Assembly (NCBI GenBank): GCA_965223905.1
Contig: CBDCXV010000001.1
Span: forward strand, 480,001 to 544,000
From: Candidatus Latescibacterota bacterium
Lineage (GTDB): Bacteria > Latescibacterota > UBA2968 > UBA8231
DNA length: 64,000 nucleotides
Direction of reading: 5' to 3'
Shown: one piece after another, positions 20,926 through 30,679 of the stretch
How positions within the stretch are numbered: position 1 is the stretch's first letter
How the letters are laid out: each line of letters opens with the position of its first letter
The notes under the pieces: generated by a model
The model's input: the letters and a program-made list of their open reading frames with translations, nothing else
What the model was told of the DNA's origin: nothing
Databases searched by the model: none
Position numbers and translations under genes: made by a program

Positions 20926-21042
20926 CTATCCCGCCTCCAGGGGGCCGTGGATGGCAAGCGTCAGGGACAGGGCCAGCACCCACCAGAACAACCGTTGAAC
21001 TGCAGCCGTCGAGGCGCTCCACATTCGCAATCTGTGAATCAT
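20926..21042 (-). CDS. Putative 38-aa small membrane protein
   Basis: AAAAGGAG RBS 6 nt before ATG; MIHRLRMWSASTAAVQRLFWWVLALSLTLAIHGPLEAG has one hydrophobic segment. Confidence 0.5.
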   Translation of the reverse strand: MIHRLRMWSASTAAVQRLFWWVLALSLTLAIHGPLEAG

Positions 21043-21154
21043 CGCAATCTCCTTTTCATCGCATGGTCGGGTCGACGGAGACAATTGGATCCGTCCCCTC
21101 GGCAGGTTCTTCACGCCTTTCACGAGACCTGTGCCTCGACCGTTGCCGCGCCGC

Positions 21155-21238
21155 TCAGGTGACGAGCGGAGCGACGATGAACACGAAGAGGCTGACGAGT
21201 CCGTACATCAGGCCCTGGTTCAACAGCTCGCGTCGCAT
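21155..21238 (-). CDS. Putative 27-aa small membrane protein
   Basis: AAAGGAGG RBS 7 nt before ATG; MRRELLNQGLMYGLVSLFVFIVAPLVT has a basic N-terminus and a TM-like helix. Confidence 0.5.
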   Translation of the reverse strand: MRRELLNQGLMYGLVSLFVFIVAPLVT

Positions 21239-21324
21239 GGGCATGCCTCCTTTCGGGTTTGAGGTTGCCTTCGATTCCTGAATCAGTATCTCTGCTGCTT
21301 CTCGCGCCTGGCGGTGCCGGCACG

Positions 21325-21357
21325 AAAAAGCCGCAGACACTCCAGGTGTCTGCGGCT
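21325..21357 (-). terminator. Rho-independent terminator or attenuator
   Basis: Perfect 12-bp stem AGCCGCAGACAC-CTGGA-GTGTCTGCGGCT followed by TTTT. Confidence 0.75.
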
Positions 21358-21576
21358 CGTCCCGCCGGACAGGGACCCGTGAGGGGCCGGTCCGGTCATT
21401 TGCAGGGTCGTCGGCTCCGCCGGGCCGCACTCGCACACACCTTCATTTTTTCTCGAAGGAGAACTGGCTGAGTGCGATCGGCAGCGTTCTTATCTCAGCT
21501 CGTTCCTTCGGTTGTCAACAGATAAGCCATGCGTTCCTCGAGTCTTTGCATGGTGAACAGTTGCACCAACCAATTC

Positions 21577-21591
21577 GCAACATTTGTGCCA
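21577..21591 (-). promoter_or_regulatory. Sigma-54 (-24/-12) promoter
   Basis: Minus strand TGGCAC-AAATG-TTGC is an exact TGGCAC-N5-TTGC match. Confidence 0.7.
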
Positions 21592-21919
21592 GTTGCCGGA
21601 CGCAGAGGGTAACTCCCTGTGCGGGAAGCGGATGGCTTGTGAAGCGTTCCGCCGGGCTGGTGCAACGGGGGCAATTTCTGCAGCTATTGCAGGGGGTGCG
21701 CTGCAACAATTGCCTCGCTGCCACCAAGTCCTCGGGACCGGCAGCAAGGGACTTGGCGCCGCGGACGGTCGTTTGCTCGCGGGTTATGTGCTGCCAGGGC
21801 GGGTAAGGATCTCGTGAGGTCACGTTTCTGCCGCTATCGCGGGAGTTTTATCTTTGGCCCTTGAAAGGCGGCCGATTGCCGCCGTTGAAATGCACGAAAA
21901 AAGCAGACGCGGAGGTGAG

Positions 21920-22969
21920 TTGTTGGGAAAACGCAGCTTCGTCAGCGACAACAACGCCGGCATTCACCCGGAGGTGCTGCAGGCGATGATCGACGCCAAC
22001 GTCGGTCACGAGGTGGGGTACGGTGAGGATCCGTACACGGAAAGGGCGGTCCAGGCCTTTCGCGACCACTTCGGGGAGGAGACCGAGGTGTTTCTGGTAT
22101 TCAACGGAACCGCTGCCAACGTCGTCAGCACCGGCGGTGTCTGCACCCCGTACCAGGCGCTGATTTGCGGCGACTGCTCCCATATCCACGTCTCCGAAAG
22201 CGGCGCCGTCGAGCGCTTTGTCGGATGCCGCGTTTATCCCGCCCCCACCGTCGACGGCAAGTTGACGGTCGACGCCATAGAGCCGCTGACCCGCGAGGAG
22301 ATTCCCGGACACAGCAGCCAGCCGCGTCTCCTTTCGATCACGCAGGCGACGGAGATGGGCACGGTATACACCGTTGAGGAGACGCGGTCGCTCGCGGACT
22401 TCGTCCACGAACGGGGGATGCTGCTGCATCTCGACGGGGCGCGTCTCGCCAATGCCGCGGTCGCCCTGGGACTGTCGTTGCGGGCGGTGACCCGGGACGC
22501 CGGGGTCGACATCGTCAGCTTCGGAGGCACCAAGAACGGCATGATGATCGGGGAGGCGGTGCTGTTCTTCGATCCCGGACTGGCGCGGGACTTCGGCTAC
22601 GTGCGCAAGCAGGGGCTGCAGCTGGCGTCTAAGATGCGGTTCATCAGCGCCCAGTTCGAAGCGGTGCTGCGCGGGGATCTGTGGCGCCGCACCGCCGAGC
22701 GCGCAAACCGGATGGCTCAGCTGCTGGCCGCAAAGGTCCGCAACGTGCCGAACCTGAAAATCCTCTATCCCGCCGAGAGCAACGGCGTGTTCGCCGAAAT
22801 CCCCACCCCCTGTGTCGCCGAGCTGCAGAAGGAGTTCTACTTCATCGGCTTCGACCTCAGCGGTCCCACCTGTCAGGTGCGCTGGATGGCTTCTTTCGAC
22901 ACGACCGAGGAGGACGTCGAGCGGTTTGCCGCCGCGGTCGACAGAATCGTCGGCGGCTACGCCGGCTGA
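21920..22969 (+). CDS. ltaE: Low-specificity L-threonine aldolase
   Basis: FVSDN, NGTAAN, SITQATEMG, LHLDGAR, SFGGTKNG (PLP Lys); TTG start after GGAGG. Confidence 0.9.
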   Translation: MLGKRSFVSDNNAGIHPEVLQAMIDANVGHEVGYGEDPYTERAVQAFRDHFGEETEVFLVFNGTAANVVSTGGVCTPYQALICGDCSHIHVSESGAVERFVGCRVYPAPTVDGKLTVDAIEPLTREEIPGHSSQPRLLSITQATEMGTVYTVEETRSLADFVHERGMLLHLDGARLANAAVALGLSLRAVTRDAGVDIVSFGGTKNGMMIGEAVLFFDPGLARDFGYVRKQGLQLASKMRFISAQFEAVLRGDLWRRTAERANRMAQLLAAKVRNVPNLKILYPAESNGVFAEIPTPCVAELQKEFYFIGFDLSGPTCQVRWMASFDTTEEDVERFAAAVDRIVGGYAG

Positions 22970-23981
22970 TGCGAGTATTTGCCGCAACCTGCTTCGCCGC
23001 AGCCCTGTGCGGCTGTCAAAGCGCGATCACCGCGGGCAAGGCGTACTACGAGGAAGCGAAGGATTACGACAAGGCCCGCGAGTACCTGGAGCTCGGGATA
23101 AGACAATCGCCCAGAAACCCCGAAGCCCACTTCTGGCTGGGGCAAGTACATGCGGCCCAGGGCAACTATGAGGCCATGGCGGAGGCGTTTGCGCGTTCGC
23201 TCGAGCTGAGCTCGGAATATTACGTCACTATCGCCAGAATGCGGGCCCGCTATTTCACCGAAGAGTACAATCGCGGCATCGGCCTGGTGCGTCACCCCCC
23301 GGCCGACTACGCCGGGGGGGGCGGGTCGCTTTCCGCAACGCCGTAATTATCAATCCGGAATCGAGGGATGCCTTGAGCAACCTCGCGTACGTCTACTACA
23401 GTCTCGACAGTCTCGCCGCCGCCGAGGGAGCGTACCGCGGCATCCTGGAAAGCAATCCCGCGGACGAGGATGCTATACTGAACATCGGCACCGTCTACAT
23501 CGCCATGGGCCGCTACAGCGACGCCTCCGACGCCTTTCGGAGGCTCCTCGACCAGCACCCCTTTCACGACGAGTGAACGCGAAAGCTCGCGGCCCTCTGC
23601 GAGCAGCTCGGCGACCTGGAAGAGGCGGGCGAGCTGTACCGGCAGCTGACGCTGATGGATGCCGCAGATCCGTCGTCGCTCGTAGGCCTGGGGCGGGTCC
23701 AGCGAGCCCTTGGAGAGCCGTCGCTGGCAATCGAGGCCCTCGAATCGGCCCTTGCCATCGACCCGGCGGACGAGGAAGCGCTCTATCACCTGGGGATGGT
23801 GTACGCGGAACAGGGAAACAGCGAAGAGGCGATACCGAGGTTGGAGGTGTTGACGGTCCGCATGCCGGAGAGGGGGGAAGTCTGGGCCGAGCTGTCCAAG
23901 CTGTACGCCGCCAAGGGCTGGAACGAACGGAGCGGGAGGGCCGCAGCCCGTGCGCGGGCCCTGTCCGAAGCGCCCGATTGA
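22969..23981 (+). pseudogene. TPR-repeat lipoprotein, disrupted by a frameshift at G8 (23314-23321) and an in-frame TGA (23574)
   Basis: Lipobox LCGC; TPR-like helices continue across three ORF pieces (NPEAHFWLG, DALSNLAY, DAILNIG, EALYHLG). Confidence 0.7.
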
Positions 23982-24021
23982 AGGCTTCGGCGGCGGCGGC
24001 CCGGAAACCGGGTGCGGCCGC

Positions 24022-25050
24022 TCAGAAGCCGAGAACCATTGTCCAGAAAGGGGACTTCCCGACCTCGATATCGTCTCCGAACGGCTCCAGGCGGCCGGAC
24101 TCCTGGTCGACGCGGAAGCAGCGCATCTGGTTGGCGGCCTCGCCGGTGCAGTAACAGAAGCCGCCGCCGGGATCGATGTTGAACGAACGCGGGCTCGAGG
24201 GCACGGGGAAGTGGCCGAAGGGGGACAGCCTGCCGTCGCCGCCGATCTCGAATCCGACGATGGAGTCGCCGGGGCCGCGGTTGGAAGCGTAGAGCCACCT
24301 GCCGTTGGGGTGGACTTCGACGTGGGCGCAGTGACTGGTCTCGGCGTAACCGTCCGGCAGGGTCGACACAGTCTGGAAGATCTCCAGCGTTCCCCCATCC
24401 GCGTCGTAGCGCTGAGCGGTGACGCTGTTCCCCTGCTCGTTGACGGTGTAGACGACGTCGCCCCCGGGGCCGAAGCACATGTGGCGCGGTCCGGTGATGT
24501 CGTCCGGCGGCGTCACTTCGGCCGGGTCGTTCGCCGTCAGCTCTCCCGAACTGCTCTCGAAGCGGAATTGGGAGGTCTTGTTGTTGGGACAGACGTGGGG
24601 GATGAACACGAACCGCTCCGTCGGATCGATCAGCACGGCGTGGGCTTTCTCCCCGGTGTCGACCCGCTGTGCCAGGTCACCGATGGAGCCGTCGTCTGCG
24701 ATTGCGTGCACGGTCACCCCGCCTCCGGTGTAGTACCCGGCGATCAGAAAACGGCCGCCTCCGCAGGCGACCGCGAGACAGGGAGTGGCGTGGCCTGTCG
24801 CCACCTTGTTGATATGCTCCAGGGCTCCGGTGGTCCTGTCCAGGCGGTAGCTCGACAGCTCCGTCGAGCCGACGTGGGCCCCGTAGACGCGGTCACCGGA
24901 GGGCCCCAGGGTCAGGGCGCCGATCGGTCCGTGCGCGGGGCTGACCCCGGCCAGTTTCAGGGCGCCGCTGCCGGCGTCCATCGAATACGTTCTGATCTCC
25001 TCGTCGCCGGTGAGAGCGACAAATACGAAAAACCGGGAGGCGTCCGTCAT
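24022..25050 (-). CDS. pgl: Lactonase family protein (6-phosphogluconolactonase Pgl/YbhE)
   Basis: GPRHMCF, YTVNE, HPNGRWLYASNRG, PRSFNIDP. Confidence 0.85.
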   Translation of the reverse strand: MTDASRFFVFVALTGDEEIRTYSMDAGSGALKLAGVSPAHGPIGALTLGPSGDRVYGAHVGSTELSSYRLDRTTGALEHINKVATGHATPCLAVACGGGRFLIAGYYTGGGVTVHAIADDGSIGDLAQRVDTGEKAHAVLIDPTERFVFIPHVCPNNKTSQFRFESSSGELTANDPAEVTPPDDITGPRHMCFGPGGDVVYTVNEQGNSVTAQRYDADGGTLEIFQTVSTLPDGYAETSHCAHVEVHPNGRWLYASNRGPGDSIVGFEIGGDGRLSPFGHFPVPSSPRSFNIDPGGGFCYCTGEAANQMRCFRVDQESGRLEPFGDDIEVGKSPFWTMVLGF

Positions 25051-25136
25051 TTTCCTTGCTCTTCTGTGGAGGTTTGGACCTGCCGCCGGCTCAACGCCGG
25101 GTGCTCGGAGGAAAGGTAGCGAGATCCGGCGGACTC

Positions 25137-26663
25137 TCAAACGGCGCGATCGAGGGTGCGGTACTGTATCGCCTCGGAAATGTGCTGTTCCGAGATTTCG
25201 TCGGCGCGGTCGAGATCGGCGATCGTCCGGCCGACTTTGAGAATGCGGTCGTAGGCTCGCGCCGAGAGTCCAAGGGTTTCGATGGCCCTCCCGAGCAGCT
25301 TCTCGCCGCCGCAGGTGAGAGGACAGTAGCGGCGAATGTCCCTGGCCTCCATGTGGCCGTTGCAGAAGAGGTCCTCGCGCCCTTCGAAGCGGCGCCGCTG
25401 TATGCGGCGCGCCTCTTCGACGTGCCGGCGGAATTCAGACGACGGCGCGCGCTCGGACCGGGACGCGAGCTCGCGGTACTCGACACCCGGTACGTCGATG
25501 TGGATGTCGATGCGGTCGAGGAGCGGTCCGGAGATTCGGGCGCGGTAGCGCTCGATCAGCAGCGGCGTGCAGGTACAGTCGCGCCGCGGGTCGGAAAGAA
25601 AGCCGCACGGACAGGGGTTCATGGCGGCGATCAGCATGAAACGGGCGGGAAAGGACAGGGTCATGGCAGCGCGGCCGATGGTGATGCGGTGATCTTCCAG
25701 GGGTTGCCGCAGGGCTTCGATCACGTGCTTCTGGAATTCCGGCAGCTCATCGAGGAAGAGCACGCCGTGATGGGCAAGGGACACCTCCCCCGGGCGCGGA
25801 TGCGAGCCGCCACCGATCAGCCCGGCATTGGAGATGGTGTGGTGAGGCGCCCGGAACGGGCGCGAGGAAACGACAGCTTCACCGGCAGGCAGCGCCCCTG
25901 CCACCGAGTGAATCTTGGTCGTCGCCAGCGCCTCTTCGAGGGACATCTCGGCGAGGATCGACGGCACCCGGCGGGCGAGCATGGTCTTGCCCGAACCGGG
26001 AGGTCCGATCATCAGGATGTTGTGGGAACCCGCCGCGGCGACCTCGAGGGCGCGCTTGGCGTGCTGCTGGCCGCCGACGTCGGCGAAGTCGAAATCGGCG
26101 GGGGTAGCCTTGGGGAGCACCTGCGAGGGGTCGAAGTCGTGGGGCGCCAGGCGTACGCTGCCTTCGAGTATCTCCACGGCCTCGCGAAGGGTGCCGACCC
26201 CGTAGACGAGGGGTCCGCCGGCGAGAGCTGCCTCGCGGGCGTTCTGCCGGGGCACGATCATGCCGTAGACCTCCGGGTCCATGTCGGTGGCCACGGAGAG
26301 CGCACCGGTGACCGGGCGCAGACTGGCGTCGAGGGAGAGTTCCCCCAGGAGCACGAAATCGCTCAGGCGGCTGGTATCGACCTGGCCGGAGGCCACGAGG
26401 ATGCCGACGGCGATCGGCAGGTCGAAGGCAGCCCCCACCTTGCGAATACCCGCGGGGGCGAGGTTCACGGTCACGCGCCGCCGCGGCCACTCGAATCCCG
26501 CATTGCGGATCGCCGCCATGACCCGCTCGCGGCTTTCGCGCACAGCGCTGTCGGGAAGGCCGACGACACAGAAGGTCGGCAGGTGGCGGTCGGTGTCGAC
26601 CTCGACGTGGACGAGATAGGCGTCGATACCGAGGGTGGCGGCGCTTAGCACGGTGGCCGGCAT
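25137..26663 (-). CDS. comM: YifB/ComM Mg-chelatase-like AAA+ ATPase
   Basis: VGLPDSAVRESRER, VNLAPA, GPPGSGKT, RAPHH, LFLDELPEF, AMNPCPCG, SGPLLDRID. Confidence 0.93.
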   Translation of the reverse strand: MPATVLSAATLGIDAYLVHVEVDTDRHLPTFCVVGLPDSAVRESRERVMAAIRNAGFEWPRRRVTVNLAPAGIRKVGAAFDLPIAVGILVASGQVDTSRLSDFVLLGELSLDASLRPVTGALSVATDMDPEVYGMIVPRQNAREAALAGGPLVYGVGTLREAVEILEGSVRLAPHDFDPSQVLPKATPADFDFADVGGQQHAKRALEVAAAGSHNILMIGPPGSGKTMLARRVPSILAEMSLEEALATTKIHSVAGALPAGEAVVSSRPFRAPHHTISNAGLIGGGSHPRPGEVSLAHHGVLFLDELPEFQKHVIEALRQPLEDHRITIGRAAMTLSFPARFMLIAAMNPCPCGFLSDPRRDCTCTPLLIERYRARISGPLLDRIDIHIDVPGVEYRELASRSERAPSSEFRRHVEEARRIQRRRFEGREDLFCNGHMEARDIRRYCPLTCGGEKLLGRAIETLGLSARAYDRILKVGRTIADLDRADEISEQHISEAIQYRTLDRAV

Positions 26664-27053
26664 GGGGACGGAGCCGCAAATCACATGCCCGCGGAGCCAC
26701 CCCGGAAACCGGGGCGCCGCCGCGTCGCGTTGTATCCTATGGGTTACAGTCCGTACCCTGGGGGAGCCGGGACCCCTTTGGGCAACCCTCCACGAATTCC
26801 GGAAAACCCCATTGCCCGGTAGCTGGTTTTCCAGGCAGGTGCACTGCCTGACGCTCCGGCGTTCCCGCAAATTCCGTCGTGCCATGCGGCCCGGGATTTG
26901 GCCCGTTGCCGGAAAGGCTCCGAGCTACAGGGCTGCTTGAGACAGGGGAAAGGTTGCGCAATATTCTGATTCAAAGAGCAATGCGCACCAGGCGAGTGCG
27001 AAAATCGCTCGATCCCACCGACCAACCCGCATCCCGGACGCATCGAAAAACAA

Positions 27054-27097
27054 TTGTCCAGCGAAAACGAGCAGCTGTCCAGCGAAAACGAGCAGCT
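27054..27097 (+). repeat. 21-bp tandem duplication at the gene start
   Basis: (T/C)TGTCCAGCGAAAACGAGCAG x2, encoding SSENEQL twice. Confidence 0.9.
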
Positions 27098-27812
27098 CGA
27101 CACCCTCGAACGCGACGGTTTCGTTCACGTTCCCGGGGCGCTCACGGCAGCGGAGACCGAGGGGGTAAGGAAGCGGATAGACCACGCCCGCGAGATGGGA
27201 TGGGAAGAGGGCCTCAACGAGGTCGGCAACATGTGGTTCGACTCGCTTCTCCAACGCGAGCCGGGGAACTTCCGGTTCCTGGTTGCTCACCCGAGCGTGG
27301 CTCCGCTTCTCGAGGGCATGATGGGCAGGCAGTGCCAGCTGCGCAGCCTGCGCTGCCACACCAATCCCGGGCCCTACCTGCAGGAGTGGCACATGGACTT
27401 CTACGGGTACTGGGAGGAAAAGCGGCGCGTCGGGCAGCACCGTCTCGCCGTGCAGCCCGCCGGGGTCAACACGACGTTCTACATGCAGGACAACAACCCG
27501 GGGGACGGCCATCTGAAGTTCATCAAGGCTGGCCACCTCGTGGAGCCGCCGCATCTGTACCCGCTGGACCGCCCCCGGTTCGAGGAGTGGTGCCAGGCGC
27601 AGGAACACGTCGTTCTCCACCCAATGGCGGGAGACGCCGTGGTGTTCCTGAGCCACATCCCGCACCAGGGAGCCAAGGAGAGGAACGACATGGAGCGCAG
27701 CAACGTCGTTTGTCACTACCACGTCGCCCCGATGTACGCCGGCGTCTGGCACGTGTCGCGGCCACCCGGAGAAACAACGGACACCTTTCCCTTCGCCTCC
27801 GCCCGCTCATGA
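27054..27812 (+). CDS. Phytanoyl-CoA dioxygenase family oxygenase
   Basis: LERDGFVHVPGAL, WHMD, AGDAVVF..H. Confidence 0.82.
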   Translation: MSSENEQLSSENEQLDTLERDGFVHVPGALTAAETEGVRKRIDHAREMGWEEGLNEVGNMWFDSLLQREPGNFRFLVAHPSVAPLLEGMMGRQCQLRSLRCHTNPGPYLQEWHMDFYGYWEEKRRVGQHRLAVQPAGVNTTFYMQDNNPGDGHLKFIKAGHLVEPPHLYPLDRPRFEEWCQAQEHVVLHPMAGDAVVFLSHIPHQGAKERNDMERSNVVCHYHVAPMYAGVWHVSRPPGETTDTFPFASARS

Positions 27813-28309
27813 AACGGGTGCGGTGCAAATGGTTGGCCCTGCTGGGGGCGCTCTTCCTGGCTGCCGGCTGCGGCACCAAACCCGAACCGACTCCCGGCAA
27901 TGCATCAGGCACGGAACAGGACAAAACCGCCGGCCTGGACGGCGCTCTCCTGTACTACCTCATGGCACAGGAGGCCTTGGCCAACGACCGCTTCGAGCCG
28001 GCAAAGCAGGCCCTGGAGACGCTGCAGGGGCACATGGATCCGGAGCATGCAGAGGTGGCCGCTGCCGCTGCCGCCGCTGCCGACATCGAGGCGCTCCGCT
28101 CCGCGTTCCTGCCGCTGTCGAACGCCTTGCTCGACAGCGAGCTCCCGGAGGGCTATCGCGTCGCCCACTGTCCGATGGCCTTAGACTACGAGGGGGCGCA
28201 CTGGATTCAGGAGGCTGGGGAGATCGCGAATCCATATTATGGATCGGGGATGCTGCACTGCGGCGTGTTCGTGGAACTCGAAGCGAAACCCGAAGATTCC
28301 GGCAACTGA
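27809..28309 (+). CDS. DUF3347-like putative metal-binding lipoprotein
   Basis: Lipobox AAGC; HCPMA..GAHWIQ..IANPYYGSGMLHCG; ATGA overlap with the upstream gene. Confidence 0.8.
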   Translation: MKRVRCKWLALLGALFLAAGCGTKPEPTPGNASGTEQDKTAGLDGALLYYLMAQEALANDRFEPAKQALETLQGHMDPEHAEVAAAAAAAADIEALRSAFLPLSNALLDSELPEGYRVAHCPMALDYEGAHWIQEAGEIANPYYGSGMLHCGVFVELEAKPEDSGN

Positions 28310-28371
28310 ACGATCCGCCTCGCCGCAATGCTGAAGCTTGCCCCCCGGCACCTACTTTCCAGGGAACCCAT

Positions 28372-29148
28372 ATGAGGACGATTGACCTGACGGTCCGTTT
28401 TTTCCAGGACAGCCCGCCGGAGGGCCAGCCGTACCGCGAGGAGCTGTTCATCAGGCGCGAGACGACCATGTCCCTGCCGGTCGGTCAGACGGCCCTGGTG
28501 CTGGTGGACGTGTGGAACAATCACTTCATAGAAAGCTGGCTGGAGCGGGCATCGCAGGTGACGCGGGAGGCAGTGGTTCCCGCCCTCGAGGCCGCCCGGG
28601 CTGCGGGCCTCGCCATCGTTCACGCTCCCTGTCCCGAAGTGGCGGCGCAGTTCGATCAGCTCGCCCGCCACCAGCCGCCGCCGTCCGAGCCGGAGCCGGA
28701 CTGGCCCCCCGCCGGGTTCCGCGCCCTGCAGGGCGCCTATGCCGCCTTCCGCGGTCCTCGCGACCAGCCCCCCGGCATTCCCCGGATCGAGTCGCTGGGC
28801 ATGTCGTCGGCCATCGAGGTCGCGGCCGACGACTTCGTTGTCGCCACCGGCCAGCAGCTGCACGACCTCTGCCGAGAGCGCCGGATCCTGCACCTGGTGT
28901 ACGCCGGCTTCGCGACCAACTGGTGCATTCTGGGCCGCGACTACGGGATGCGAGCCATGCGCAGGCGGGGCTACAACCTGATTCTGCTGCGCGACGCCAC
29001 CATGGGCGTTGAGTTCCCGGACACGCTCGGTGAACTGATGGCGACGGAGCTGGCGATTCGCGAAGCGGAGCAGCAGATCGGGTTTTCGGCCTCCAACGAG
29101 GATTTCCTCGCGGTCTGCAGGGCGCGGGTTAGTTCTGTTCAGGTCTGA
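28372..29148 (+). CDS. Isochorismatase-family cysteine hydrolase
   Basis: TALVLVDVW, YAGFATNWC, LLRDAT. Confidence 0.8.
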   Translation: MRTIDLTVRFFQDSPPEGQPYREELFIRRETTMSLPVGQTALVLVDVWNNHFIESWLERASQVTREAVVPALEAARAAGLAIVHAPCPEVAAQFDQLARHQPPPSEPEPDWPPAGFRALQGAYAAFRGPRDQPPGIPRIESLGMSSAIEVAADDFVVATGQQLHDLCRERRILHLVYAGFATNWCILGRDYGMRAMRRRGYNLILLRDATMGVEFPDTLGELMATELAIREAEQQIGFSASNEDFLAVCRARVSSVQV

Positions 29149-29178
29149 AGTTCACGCTGTATTGCGCGCAACAGTAGA

Positions 29179-29754
29179 CTAGTTGAGCTCCAGGCGCCGC
29201 AGCATGCCTTCATACGGTCCGGCCTGCTGGCCGGGACGCATGTAGACCTTGCGCATGTAGTCGAGCGCCCCGGAGATCGACTCGAACTCGACGGCAAGCG
29301 CCTTGAACACCGATGCCTGTGGGGACATCGTCATCTCCATGCGCTCCGCTACGATGCCGTATGCCTGTTGCCCCTGCTCGAGGTAGTAGCCCAGCAGCGA
29401 TTCCGCCTCCAGATGGGCCCGGAAAAGGCCGCTCATGAACAGGGTGTAGTCGCCGCAGTGCCGCCTCACCTCTACTTCGCGTTCGAAACGGTACGGGGCC
29501 GCAGAGTTCCATGCCCGCATCAGTTCGAGCAGCATGCCGGCCACCGTTTCCAGGGGCCGGCCGCGAGCGTCGCGGATTCGGTAGAGCTCGTCGGTGCGCG
29601 CAAAGTCGGCGAGCAGTCTTGTAACGTAGTCGATCAGCTCGCGGCTCTGCAGGCCCAGCATGCCGAACGAAGGGGCCACCATGTGCTGGAAAAACCGGCG
29701 CAGCCCGGCCTGAGATTCGGCCGTGACCGGCCTGTTTCGAATCGATCTCGACAT
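29179..29754 (-). CDS. Conserved hypothetical helical protein
   Basis: Clean 191-aa ORF with typical codon bias; RRHCGDYTLFMSGLF..YY..G..AY motif. Confidence 0.65.
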   Translation of the reverse strand: MSRSIRNRPVTAESQAGLRRFFQHMVAPSFGMLGLQSRELIDYVTRLLADFARTDELYRIRDARGRPLETVAGMLLELMRAWNSAAPYRFEREVEVRRHCGDYTLFMSGLFRAHLEAESLLGYYLEQGQQAYGIVAERMEMTMSPQASVFKALAVEFESISGALDYMRKVYMRPGQQAGPYEGMLRRLELN

Positions 29755-29887
29755 GTCACACCGTAAGCCGGAATAGTGTCATATTATATCCACATGCTTT
29801 CCCGAAAAAGAGTCATCCCCGCTGCGAAAGGGATCTGCAGCTGTCCGGGGTGCAGGCCGACGCAAAAAACCGCGGCTGCATTTCGGG

Positions 29888-30679
29888 ATGTCTCCGAATC
29901 GAACCCCTTCGACGCGACAGGATAGCACCGTGTTTCCCGGGCGCAAACTGACGCTGTTGCTCATCCCAGAAGAGGGCGGTCGCATCTACGAATTCAAGAT
30001 CCCCCGCATCTTTGTCGGGCTCTCCGCGCTGCTGGCGGCAGGCGCCGGCGTGCTGCTGGTTATCGGGGCTCGCTATCTTTTCGAGGCGCATACCCTCTCT
30101 TCCAGGCTGGAGCGGCTGGAGAGGGAACGGCGGCACCTCACAGAGGCAGTGATGCAGATCGACGAGCTCGAGAAAACCCTCGGCCGCCTGCAGAGCCAGA
30201 GTGACCAGCTGCACCGCATACTGGGCAGCCAAAGTGGCTACCACTTACCGCAGGAAGGCTCGACCGCCGACCGCTACCGCTACGTCTCTTCGGTATTTCG
30301 GCTGCAACACGGGCAGGTCCGCACCGTCCCGGCACTGTGGCCTGTCCGGGGTGTCCTGCGCCAACCTTTCGGAAGCCAGGGCGTGCTCATCGCCACGCCG
30401 GCGGGGAGCCTGGTGAGGGCAACGGCAGCCGGCCGCGTGACGGAGGCCGGCTATGACCGGCGGCTCGGCCACGCATTACGCATCGATCACGGCAGAGGTC
30501 TTTGCAGCTTGTACGGACACAACCGCATTCTCCTTGCGGAAGCCGGGGAGTACGTCTTCCGCGGACAGCCGATAGCGTTGTCCGGCGCCCCGCCCAGTGG
30601 GGGAGAACCGGCCCTTTTGTACTCCGTGTTGGAAGATGGGCGGCCTCGCGACCCAACTCGTTTCCGTCTGTGGTTGTGA
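29888..30679 (+). CDS. M23/LytM-domain protein (TM + coiled coil), zinc ligands degenerate
   Basis: WPVRG, VRATAAGRV, IDHG, LYGHN, VFRGQPIALSG, DP; HxxxD and HxH are absent. Confidence 0.8.
   Translation: MSPNRTPSTRQDSTVFPGRKLTLLLIPEEGGRIYEFKIPRIFVGLSALLAAGAGVLLVIGARYLFEAHTLSSRLERLERERRHLTEAVMQIDELEKTLGRLQSQSDQLHRILGSQSGYHLPQEGSTADRYRYVSSVFRLQHGQVRTVPALWPVRGVLRQPFGSQGVLIATPAGSLVRATAAGRVTEAGYDRRLGHALRIDHGRGLCSLYGHNRILLAEAGEYVFRGQPIALSGAPPSGGEPALLYSVLEDGRPRDPTRFRLWL

Noticed and set aside
23574-23576. In-frame TGA as selenocysteine or readthrough
   Set aside because: TPR context without a redox motif; two compensating homopolymer indels explain it more simply
26866-26885. Second sigma-54 promoter upstream of comM (TGGCAC...TTGC)
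   Set aside because: Spacing is longer than the strictly required N5
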